A stretch of 64,000 bases of DNA from Verrucomicrobiota bacterium (GTDB lineage Bacteria; Verrucomicrobiota; Lentisphaeria; JABSQK01; JAJFLO01): assembly GCA_021772635.1 (NCBI GenBank), contig JAJFLP010000108.1:24782-88781 (forward strand). The letters run 5' to 3'. Positions 41,424-49,723 of this stretch are shown piece by piece (within the stretch, counting starts at the first letter, position 1; every line of letters begins with the position of its first letter). Made by a program: the position numbers and the translations under genes. The notes under the pieces were generated by a model, which worked only from the letters and a program-made list of their open reading frames with translations, had not been told where the DNA came from and ran no database searches.

Positions 41424-41546
41424 ATTCTACCCCTGGGGTGTGATTCGTGTGACGTGTCGTCCGTGAATATTGCGTTACTTCAGTGATACGCAATTCGTGG
41501 CGCGATATCCGGACGATAACTATATCTCCGAAATGCTGCGTACTTA

Positions 41547-41581
41547 GAAAATCGAAAATCAGAAATCAGAAATCGAAAATT
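41547..41581. repeat. Tandem heptamer-like repeat (GAAAATC/AGAAATC x about 5) in the dnaX-ybaB spacer
   Basis: Seen directly: gaaaatcgaaaatcagaaatcagaaatcgaaaatt. Confidence 0.6.
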
Positions 41582-41586
41582 AAAGA

Positions 41587-43596
41587 TCATCCCCGAACAT
41601 CGACGATCTCGCCGTTAAACATTTTTAAGACCGTTTTAACGAACTCGTTCTTCGCCAGAGCTTCCCAAATGTCTGCGTTGGATTCCAGGTCCTTGCCCGT
41701 TTCGATGTTGAATGACGAGCTGAAATTCTCGGTGACATCTTGAAACTCGATTTTCGGTTCAGGGTGCTTCGTGATTCGAGATAAACAGCGCGTCAATGTT
41801 TGAATAACGTCTTGATTAGTAAAATCTCTCGCATGCTCCGGCGAAAATTCATCGGATATCCCAATAGTAAGAGACTGGCCGTCGTAAGACAACGGAATAG
41901 CCTCTCGCATGTGCATGTGCAAGGCGGCACGCCCCGGCAATTTTCCGACTTCCTCCGTAAGAATATGCCAATACGTTGTCGCAGATTCTCTCGATGATTT
42001 TTTATCGATTTCAGGGATAGACGGGGCATTGTCTTGATCGTTGATGCTTAGCGAAGAACGTAGATCCGCCGCGTCGATTTCAGTTGTCGTATCCGGTGCG
42101 ATTTCCATCTCTGTCGGTTCACGCATCCCATGGTGCTCGTCCGATTGCGAGGCGAATTGCTCCTCAGTTGTGTGATAAGAAACTGGCGTCTCAGTCACGG
42201 GTGCGTTTTGTTGGGGGTGGCGTATGGACGAAGATTCCTCGATAGACGCCCGCTGAGACGTCCGCGGTTCAAGCGGCGCGCTGGCATCGGATTCCGGATG
42301 ACTCTGGCCCTCCACCGGCGCCAGATCGGGAGGCGGGGGTGTTTCGTCCACAGAGGATGATGGAGCCTGTTCAGCGAGCGGTGGCGGTGTGCCCGTGTCG
42401 TTGTCGTTCCGAGAAATATCACCTTTGCGTTGCCGAAGTTGGTCTATTACCGCGTCTAAGGAAACCGAATGTGCATCGCGCATGACCCGCAGAAACGTGA
42501 CTTCTATAAATACTTGTTTGTTTAGGTAACTGCGGATACTACTTTCAAATGACATCAATCCTTCCAGCACTCTTCCGACAACTTCCGGTGTGCTCGCCTT
42601 CGCCATGCATTGATATTCGTCGAACTCAGTGTCGCTCAAGTCTATTATTTTCTTTGGATCATCGACCGTCTGAAAAATCATGACGTTGCGGAAGCATAAA
42701 AGTAAGTCTGCGTATAAACGTTCCAGGTTTTTACCCTGGTTCACTAAGTCATGCACAATGGAGATCACTTTATTCGGGTCATTGCCGATAATCGCATTGC
42801 CTAAGGCTCGAAGGTCGGTGTCAGAACTTAATCCGAAAACGTCGGTGACATCCGATTCCGTGATAGTTGAGTCTTTGTCCCCCTCACTGTGTCCACAAAA
42901 CGAAATCATCTGATCAAATATGGACTGAGCATCGCGCATCCCTCCGTCCGCTGCCCGTGCGATTACGTTAAGCGCACCTTCGTTTACGCCGATCTTTTCT
43001 TTCTCCGCGATCTCGCGTAAACGTCTGACTATCGTTGGTACCGCGATCCGTTTGAGATCGAATCGTTGGCAGCGGGAGACAATGGTCGGTAAAACTTTGT
43101 GGGCTTCTGTGGTTGCGAAAAGGAACTTGATATGCGGCGGGGGTTCTTCGAGAGTCTTTAATAAGGCGTTCCACGCTGCCTGAGAGAGCATATGAACTTC
43201 GTCAATGATATAGATTTTATATTTTCTGCCGTTTGTCGGTGTATACTGGACATGGTCCCGAAGTTCACGAATATCATCAACTTTGTTGTGCGACGCGCCA
43301 TCGATCTCCACTACATCCAGGCAGTTTCCGTTGGCGATTTCGGTGCACGATTGACACTTGCAACAGGGTTCTAAACTTTCGTCCGTATCCGAAACTGGCG
43401 AAGTGCAATTCAGGGCCTTCGCGAAAATTCGTGCAGAAGTTGTCTTCCCGATTCCACGGGGGCCGACGAAGAGATATGCGTGAGCGACCCGGTCTTTTAT
43501 GATTGCGTTCTGCAATGTTCGGGTGATGTGTTCTTGATCTAGTACGTCACTGAACTTTTGCGGACGCCATTTGCGCGCGATTACTTGATAGGACAT
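41587..43596 (-). CDS. dnaX: DNA polymerase III subunits gamma/tau
   Basis: N-terminus MSYQVIARKWRPQKFSDVLDQEHI and the AAA+ Walker A GPRGIGKTTSARIFAKALNC, plus a zinc module CCKCQSC. Confidence 0.95.
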   Translation of the reverse strand: MSYQVIARKWRPQKFSDVLDQEHITRTLQNAIIKDRVAHAYLFVGPRGIGKTTSARIFAKALNCTSPVSDTDESLEPCCKCQSCTEIANGNCLDVVEIDGASHNKVDDIRELRDHVQYTPTNGRKYKIYIIDEVHMLSQAAWNALLKTLEEPPPHIKFLFATTEAHKVLPTIVSRCQRFDLKRIAVPTIVRRLREIAEKEKIGVNEGALNVIARAADGGMRDAQSIFDQMISFCGHSEGDKDSTITESDVTDVFGLSSDTDLRALGNAIIGNDPNKVISIVHDLVNQGKNLERLYADLLLCFRNVMIFQTVDDPKKIIDLSDTEFDEYQCMAKASTPEVVGRVLEGLMSFESSIRSYLNKQVFIEVTFLRVMRDAHSVSLDAVIDQLRQRKGDISRNDNDTGTPPPLAEQAPSSSVDETPPPPDLAPVEGQSHPESDASAPLEPRTSQRASIEESSSIRHPQQNAPVTETPVSYHTTEEQFASQSDEHHGMREPTEMEIAPDTTTEIDAADLRSSLSINDQDNAPSIPEIDKKSSRESATTYWHILTEEVGKLPGRAALHMHMREAIPLSYDGQSLTIGISDEFSPEHARDFTNQDVIQTLTRCLSRITKHPEPKIEFQDVTENFSSSFNIETGKDLESNADIWEALAKNEFVKTVLKMFNGEIVDVRG

Positions 43597-43706
43597 GGAT
43601 CGAAGTTTTTTTGTTGTTGTGGCAGTTTACGCGATTGCCGACCAATTAAAGTGGTACGTTTTTGTTCGAACGGATACTACGAGGGGATGGAGCGTTGGCG
43701 ATGCTG

Positions 43707-43838
43707 AAAATCGTTGTAGTCGACCCGCAGGTGTTCCTACAGCGCATAACATTGGCGCTTAGAGCTGCTCGGTTCCCCGTCTGACCCGGTTCACGTAATA
43801 CTATCGCATAGGTCCCACGGGTCGACTACAACGATTTC
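43707..43838 (-). ncRNA. ffs: Probable signal recognition particle RNA (4.5S/ffs), small bacterial type
   Basis: The minus-strand read GGGUCAGACGGGGAACCGAGCAGC (plus 43765-43788) matches the SRP domain IV consensus CAGG-UCC-GGAA-GGA-AGCAGC. The apical stem shows a compensatory change (UCC/GGA to CGG/CCG) and keeps the GGAA tetraloop. An 18-bp perfect terminal helix pairs 43710-43727 with 43818-43835. It lies immediately upstream of dnaX, the common ffs position. Confidence 0.6.
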
Positions 43839-44112
43839 GGGAGACTCTATTGCGCGACGTGATTGAATTCAAGAACTGGGACGAAAGTTAAGAAAATTTC
43901 GATACGCAACAGGCGTACAAAACTCTATTCGCGTTAACCAGTTCGTTTGACATTATGTTGCCCCTTATGTACAGGCCCTTCTCATTCCACTGCCGATTTG
44001 GCGCTGCGCTCCACGCAGTCGCAGGACCGTCTCTCGCTGTTGTTACTTAAGTAGAAGATCAAGAATGAAGATGTTTCTCTCAACGTCAATAGGCTCGGTA
44101 ACCGGAGATTAA

Positions 44113-44808
44113 TCAGCCTCGTGCGATCGTAAGTATATCCAAGTTTGCGGCTCCAGCATCCAACAGGATCTTGGCGCAGGCGGTGAGCGTCGCGCCTGTC
44201 GTAAAAACATCGTCGATCATCAAGACCGCGGCACCTTCCATGTCTGGCCCGGGGTTCACACTAAACGCATTTTTAAGGTTCTTTTCACGTTGTTTAAGGT
44301 TAAGTTTTGATTGTGAAGCCGTCCAACGTTTCCGTCTGAGTATATCCAAACACGGTATGCCGGTAATTGCGCTGAACTCCTGTGCAAGTATCCAAGCTTG
44401 ATTGTATCCCCGTTGCATTCTTCGGAGCCAATGCATCGGCACCGCTACGATGTACCGATAACGATCGGTTGGAGTATTGCCGTTGTCCCAGGAGCTTACT
44501 GCTTCGCTGACGAGAACACCCGTCAGGGCAAGGTCCCCGGCGTACTTAAATCGGTGAATTAATTCGCGTGATACGCCTTTTAACTCGAATACCGTGTACG
44601 CCTGTCTCCATGGGCGAACGTTCTGGATACACTCGCCACATACCTCCAGGACGCCATCTATGCGACCGCCGCAACCTCGGCAGTAGGGCGGTGTTATATA
44701 GGCCAGTTGCGCTTGACAGGGGCGGCAAACACCGCGTTTGGTTGTTGGCGCATTTCGTTTGCAAATTACGCATAGATCGGGAAACATTATATTAAGAGGT
44801 TTATTCAT
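44113..44808 (-). CDS. comFC: ComF-family protein (ComFC-like phosphoribosyltransferase with an N-terminal zinc finger)
   Basis: Two CxxC pairs (CVICKR...CRPC, CRGCGG...CGEC) and the C-terminal PRTase motif VLMIDDVFTTGATL. Confidence 0.8.
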   Translation of the reverse strand: MNKPLNIMFPDLCVICKRNAPTTKRGVCRPCQAQLAYITPPYCRGCGGRIDGVLEVCGECIQNVRPWRQAYTVFELKGVSRELIHRFKYAGDLALTGVLVSEAVSSWDNGNTPTDRYRYIVAVPMHWLRRMQRGYNQAWILAQEFSAITGIPCLDILRRKRWTASQSKLNLKQREKNLKNAFSVNPGPDMEGAAVLMIDDVFTTGATLTACAKILLDAGAANLDILTIARG

Positions 44809-44894
44809 TGCGCTTAACTATATCGAAGACTACAAGACATCCAGTTTCCCGGTCGTGTTGCGACAACCCCAAAATTAATCACGCACCTGATTCC

Positions 44895-45150
44895 GGATGA
44901 TATTTTAACCGGCATTCTGCTGGCGGGCAGTAACGCCGGGTCGAAAACCTAAGGATAATCAGAATAGCTCCCTGTGCTCTTGCGGGACTTGAGGCACCGG
45001 CGAAATTTATTCGGCGATATATACCGAAAGTCATGGAGTTTTCGTCCGGATTACCCGAGACTCTCGCTTTTGCGGAGAAATATCGTTCGGAAATTCTTGG
45101 CTGATAAACTCGAAGCCATCCCGAAATTGTACTGCATGCAGTAAAACTAT
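44895..45150. repeat. Composite repeat array: palindrome Q variant (CCGGCATTCTGCTGGCGGGCAG..), module V (TATACCGAAAGTCATGGAGTTTTCGTCCGGATTAC), module R (ATCGTTCGGAAATTCTTGGCTGATAAACTCGAAGCCATCCC) and the palindrome TTGTACTGCATGCAGTA
   Basis: Q at 44903-44955, V at 45008-45060, R at 45079-45126, P at 45127-45143. Module V matches the reverse complement of 33786-33860. Confidence 0.75.
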
Positions 45151-45165
45151 CGAAGTACACTTCCA

Positions 45166-46311
45166 ATGACTAAACACCGTAACGATCCCCACTCAGACAA
45201 TATCAGACTGGCAATCTCGTGCGGCGGGACCGGCGGACACTTTTACCCCGGGCTGACGATTGCGAAAGAATTCAATCGACGTGGCGGGCGGGCGATATTA
45301 TTTATTGCCGGGAATCATACCGATGAACATATCGCAATCGCGCGAAAAGAAAACGTAGAGGCAGTCGAATCAAGGGCTATAAAGCTCCCGCGTGAGTCTT
45401 ACCTGCTACCGGTATTCGCCGTTCATTTTCTCATTGCTTTAGTCTTGAACTTAAAACTTCTGGTTCATCATAGAATCACCGTTGCATTGGGGATGGGGAG
45501 TTTCGCCAGCGCCCCTTTCGGCCTAGCCGCTAGATTAAGCGGCAGGCCGTTGTTCCTTCACGAGGGGAACGCAGTTCTTGGTCGAACAAATCGAGAATTG
45601 TCCCGTTTTGCAACGGTTCTAATGCTTTCGTTTCCGCTGAGAAACCAGGAAAAAACGCGAGCCCGGCAGAAGCTCGTCGGAATGCCAATCAGGGATCGGT
45701 TGATAGAGGCCGGACGCGACGGGCTAACGTCAGAGGAGCGCACTCAATTGTACCGCGAGCGTGGGCTCGACCCGGAATTACCAACTCTTTTAGTGTTCGG
45801 CGGCAGTCAGGGCGCGAAACGACTCAACGATTTGATGACTGAAACCGTAAAAACCTCGGAGTTAGCGACGAATAGATTTCAAATAATTCATATCACCGGG
45901 ACGCCTGACAATTCGGTTTTTATTGATCTTTACAAAGACCGCGGTATAGGAAATATGGTAATTGCCAGTGAATCGCGCATAGAAAACTTATTTTTAATGG
46001 CCGATCTGATTCTATGTCGTGCCGGAGGTTCGACAATTTCTGAACTTGCCTTTTTCGGGAAACCTGCCTTATATGTTCCCCTGGCGTCGGCTTTGGACGA
46101 TCACCAAAGTGCGAACGCAGCCATCGCGGTCGAGAATAACGGAGGGTACCTACTCCAAGAAAAAGAGTGTTCCACATCCGCATTTTCGGGATATATTAAA
46201 AGATTAGTAAGTGACCGCGAGCAATTTCAAGAAATCGGCCGGAACCTGAAAGCAATCGCGAAACCAAAAGCAGCCTGCGATATTGTTAACGTGATTTTGG
46301 AATCTACGTAG
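45166..46311 (+). CDS. murG: Undecaprenyldiphospho-muramoylpentapeptide beta-N-acetylglucosaminyltransferase MurG
   Basis: N-terminal G-loop SCGGTGGHFYPGL and a GT-B C-terminal domain. It stands alone, not inside a dcw cluster. Confidence 0.85.
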   Translation: MTKHRNDPHSDNIRLAISCGGTGGHFYPGLTIAKEFNRRGGRAILFIAGNHTDEHIAIARKENVEAVESRAIKLPRESYLLPVFAVHFLIALVLNLKLLVHHRITVALGMGSFASAPFGLAARLSGRPLFLHEGNAVLGRTNRELSRFATVLMLSFPLRNQEKTRARQKLVGMPIRDRLIEAGRDGLTSEERTQLYRERGLDPELPTLLVFGGSQGAKRLNDLMTETVKTSELATNRFQIIHITGTPDNSVFIDLYKDRGIGNMVIASESRIENLFLMADLILCRAGGSTISELAFFGKPALYVPLASALDDHQSANAAIAVENNGGYLLQEKECSTSAFSGYIKRLVSDREQFQEIGRNLKAIAKPKAACDIVNVILEST

Positions 46312-46320
46312 ACTTTGGGG

Positions 46321-46490
46321 CTTGATGTATACCGAACGTCTTCATCCCGCATGCGGGACGAAATATTGTTTGATATCCCTTAAGTAATGAATTCAAAGTC
46401 GTCTCTCCGTATTCTCGGAGTCCGCTTATGCGGACCGCACGAGCGGAGTCCGTCCATACGGACCAAAAATTGTACTGCTTGCAGTATGTT
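46321..46490. repeat. Composite repeat array: T hairpin (TCCCGCATGCGGGA), the GATATCCCTTAAGTAATGAATTCAAAGTC module, the S double hairpin (TCTCGGAGTCCGCTTATGCGGACCGCACGAGCGGAGTCCGTCCATACGGACC) and the palindrome TTGTACTGCTTGCAGTA
   Basis: Nearly identical to 63881-64000. The S module also occurs at 5582-5640 and 53350-53410. Confidence 0.8.
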
Positions 46491-46815
46491 TTTCGACTGT
46501 ACAGCGGTAGCCCAACGTACACGATACACTACCTGAATAATTCACCAGAATTCTGTTGCGGGCACTTATCTCTGCTCAAATCAGCGACGTTTATCGAAAT
46601 CGGCTGCCAACGTATTTCAATACGTTTTCCACCCGATTTCTTCACTAACTCACTGATATTGAACAAGCTAAGCACTCTCGCGACGAATCGCGTGAATCAA
46701 TCAGGCTAAAGTCCGAACAATCGCTTGTTGCGGGGCCGGATATAACATTAGCCCAGGGCGTGAGGGCAGATGTTATATCTTCAACATTCATCAGTTAATC
46801 GAATTTAATAACCGT

Positions 46816-48282
46816 GTGAATCGAGTCCTTTACATACCTATTATATTCGCTACCCTGCAATCTCATATTGCGTTGGCAGTGCCGTTGTCGGTCGGGAGTC
46901 ACCTGGTCGATGACTTCGATGGTAGCGGTCTACCCGGAGAATATAAGACGTTCGGCTATGGAAATTCTGCGTTAGTCGAAGAACACGCACATTCCGGCCG
47001 CTTTTCGAAGAAAATTTCGTTTGTTGGTAGAGGCTGGGGATGTCTTATTCTAAAGACGCTCAACGAACCTCTAGATGTTTCATCAGGTCAGATTTCGCTT
47101 TGGTTGCGCAGCACCGCCACCGGGGGCCCGGGATCCGTCGCGGTCAAGTTCTATTTCGCGAACCGCAGCGAATGGGTTCAAGTACCTGGAGTGAGGCTCG
47201 AACTAAATAGTATTAGGGATAAATGGACGCCGCTGACGATTGATTCCGCGAAGTCCGGGTTTCAGTGGGACGGCGGAACTGACATCAACCTCGGCGGCAC
47301 GTTCGACGCGTCGGAGTTGGTGAAAATAGGTATCGTGTTGTTCTCTGCCGGGGCGGCCGCTGAGGTTTATGTTGACGATATTTATGTTATTTCGCGGGCA
47401 CCGATTGAAGGATCGAGAAGTTCCCAGGGCGCCAGAAGAGACCCGGGGACTGCGGTCGAGAACTCCCGTGCCCGGGAAACGCCGCTGAACAGACATAGTT
47501 TAACTGGATTGATCGACGACTTCAGCCCACCGGAACAGTACAATCTAAAAAACAGGAACGATGTCATCGTCGCGTCCCAGCCCGATGGCGGGCTTACAGA
47601 TTTAGATTGTACGATGTTCGTGTCCAGTACAAATAATTGCGTTGCGAAGGACGGAATCCTGTCTCTTACCTGGAACGCGCCCGGCGTGTGTTGGTTCACT
47701 ACGCTATCATCGACGGGTATTGACCTGACGATAAATAAATTTCTCATTCTCCGCATGAAAAGCCGATCCGCGGCTGGAAAAATAAGGGCAAAGTTCGAAT
47801 CGGTTGATGGGGACGAGTACGTCACTGAAGTCCCCCCTTCTGCGGTGCGAACCGAATTTACAACCATCAATTTGCCGTTGACGTCTTTTGTGTCTGAGTC
47901 AGCAAGTGAATCGGCGTTAACGGATATCAAGGCCTTCGCACTCACTTTCGACGATCCAAACGGTTACGTGGAAATCGATCAGGTCGCGCTCGCCCCGTTT
48001 AGGTGTCCAAATACAATCGCGCTGACCCTACCGGGTGGGACAACGGTTTATCAAGGATACGGAATTGTAATCGAATTTTTACTATGGGATGAGACAGGTA
48101 ATCGAGTAACCGATTTCGCGGGTATTATAAACGTATCTGTAGACAAAGGATTTATCGCGCCCTCGACGATTTCCGGATTTCGAAACGGCGAGTTGTCTGG
48201 TGAGTTCGTCATCGATGGCAAAGGCGTTCAGGAACTGACGGCACGTGAGCCCTTATCGGGAGCAACTGACAGTCAAGAATAG
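46816..48282 (+). CDS. Secreted hypothetical protein with two beta-sandwich, carbohydrate-binding-like regions
   Basis: N-terminal signal peptide. The composition suggests a CBM or jelly-roll fold, but the family was not recognised. Confidence 0.4.
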   Translation: MNRVLYIPIIFATLQSHIALAVPLSVGSHLVDDFDGSGLPGEYKTFGYGNSALVEEHAHSGRFSKKISFVGRGWGCLILKTLNEPLDVSSGQISLWLRSTATGGPGSVAVKFYFANRSEWVQVPGVRLELNSIRDKWTPLTIDSAKSGFQWDGGTDINLGGTFDASELVKIGIVLFSAGAAAEVYVDDIYVISRAPIEGSRSSQGARRDPGTAVENSRARETPLNRHSLTGLIDDFSPPEQYNLKNRNDVIVASQPDGGLTDLDCTMFVSSTNNCVAKDGILSLTWNAPGVCWFTTLSSTGIDLTINKFLILRMKSRSAAGKIRAKFESVDGDEYVTEVPPSAVRTEFTTINLPLTSFVSESASESALTDIKAFALTFDDPNGYVEIDQVALAPFRCPNTIALTLPGGTTVYQGYGIVIEFLLWDETGNRVTDFAGIINVSVDKGFIAPSTISGFRNGELSGEFVIDGKGVQELTAREPLSGATDSQE

Positions 48283-48469
48283 CGTTCCGAGCCTTGGATC
48301 AACTAATTTTATAAGCCTCGCACCGAACATTCAATTCTACCTGATCGAATTCCCCGGAGGCAGTATTCCACGTAGTTCTTCCTTCCCAAAGGGCACCGAA
48401 ATTCTTCGACAACGCTCAATTTTTTCAATACATGCAACATAGGCTTGTGACCTATGTCAAAGACGTAGA

Positions 48470-48706
48470 CTGCCCCGATCGCTGTCCGAATCGGGATTAA
48501 GAAACAAGCAGTCCGATTTTCAAACGGCTTGGATGCATTCGCGCAAGGGATTCCGAACGATTTTGCAAAATTCCAAGGCGATCAAGATAAACTGCAAGCA
48601 GTTGAAATTATGAATGATTTAAATCCAACTGCGTATAAGATTTCGAACCATATTTTTTAACCGGCATTCTGCTGGCCAGCAGAACGCCTGGTCGAAAACT
48701 CGAAGG
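48470..48706. repeat. Repeat array: the GAATCGGGATTAAGAAACAAGCAG module, an AACTGCAAGCAGTT palindrome variant and the 30-bp palindrome Q (CCGGCATTCTGCTGGCCAGCAGAACGCCTGG)
   Basis: The run 48485-48508 matches 5641-5665. Palindrome Q at 48655-48706 matches 53492-53545, and 60159-60203 in reverse orientation. Confidence 0.75.
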
Positions 48707-48743
48707 TGTGTCGGTATTGTAATATTACAACGTTAAGGGAATC

Positions 48744-49619
48744 ATGCCGCCGAATTCGCTGAAGAGTACTGGTCGATGCGATCCACGTTTGTATCAGATT
48801 ACAGTTTTGACGGTCCTGCTCATCTATGGAGTTTTTCGCCTTGATTTCGACGTCAGAACTGTCCAGGTGCTTGTAATCCTCGCGGTCGTTATCATCACCC
48901 AATACGTCTGTTCGCGGGTCGTCAAATTGCCCCGGTTCGATATACGGAGTCCGCTGATCTCCGGATTATCGTTGTGTCTGTTGCTAAGAACAAATTCGTT
49001 ATTGATCGCCGGGGTCGCAGGGCTGGTTGCTGTCGCCAGTAAATTTATTTTGCGTTGGAACGGAAAACATTTTTTTAATCCGACTAATTTTGGCCTGATA
49101 GTGATGTTAATACTTACCGAGGGCGCTTGGGTATCTCCGGGGCAATGGGGTAGTGTTGCATTCTTCGGGTTCCTCCTTGCTTGTATCGGTGGATTAGTGG
49201 TTAATCGTGCAACGCGCAGTGACGTTACTTATGCATTTCTGGCTTCGTATATAGTGTTGCTATTTGGGAGAGCATTTTGGCTTGGAGACCCGGTCAGTAT
49301 TCCAGTCCACCAACTCCAGAACGGGGCATTCCTCATCTTTGCATTTTTCATGATTTCCGACCCTAAAACGACTCCTGATTCTCGCCCGGGACGAATTCTT
49401 TTCGCGTTTCTTGTAGCCAGTGGTGCGGTTGGTATACAGTACGGCTTATACCGGACTAACGCATTACTTTGGTCATTGGCTGTGTTTGCTTTCCTCGTAC
49501 CGGTTATCGACTATTTAACACCTGGAATTCGTTATCAATGGCAGCAGCGTTTTTCGCTAAACGAGTTTCTGATATCAAACACCGATGTTAGGACTGCCGC
49601 CACCGGGCGCTCCACTTAA
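48744..49619 (+). CDS. Polytopic membrane protein (NqrB/RnfD-like?)
   Basis: A 291-aa protein with about 8 transmembrane helices. An FMISDPKTTP segment is reminiscent of the RnfD/NqrB TDP region. The assignment is weak. Confidence 0.35.
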   Translation: MPPNSLKSTGRCDPRLYQITVLTVLLIYGVFRLDFDVRTVQVLVILAVVIITQYVCSRVVKLPRFDIRSPLISGLSLCLLLRTNSLLIAGVAGLVAVASKFILRWNGKHFFNPTNFGLIVMLILTEGAWVSPGQWGSVAFFGFLLACIGGLVVNRATRSDVTYAFLASYIVLLFGRAFWLGDPVSIPVHQLQNGAFLIFAFFMISDPKTTPDSRPGRILFAFLVASGAVGIQYGLYRTNALLWSLAVFAFLVPVIDYLTPGIRYQWQQRFSLNEFLISNTDVRTAATGRST

Positions 49620-49662
49620 AGTAGGATCAACACGAACTCCCGACCCACCTGTGGCGTTGAGA

Positions 49663-49700
49663 CACGAATCACGAAACACGAATCACGAATCACGAAACAC
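49663..49700. promoter_or_regulatory. Tandem heptamer array (CACGAAT/CACGAAA x5), 24-60 bp upstream of the DUF2330-like gene
   Basis: Seen directly: cacgaatcacgaaacacgaatcacgaatcacgaaacac. Confidence 0.5.
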
Positions 49701-49723
49701 ATACTAAATCCAAGGAGAGTAAA

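Noticed and set aside
41587-43596. Programmed -1 frameshift site (A AAA AAG) producing the gamma subunit of DnaX.
   Set aside because: No slippery heptamer plus stem-loop was found in the coding strand. A T-run at 43601 lies outside the CDS.
44879-45166. A 95-aa minus-strand ORF upstream of murG.
   Set aside because: It lies entirely within a composite repeat array, and an equivalent reading frame is not conserved in other copies.
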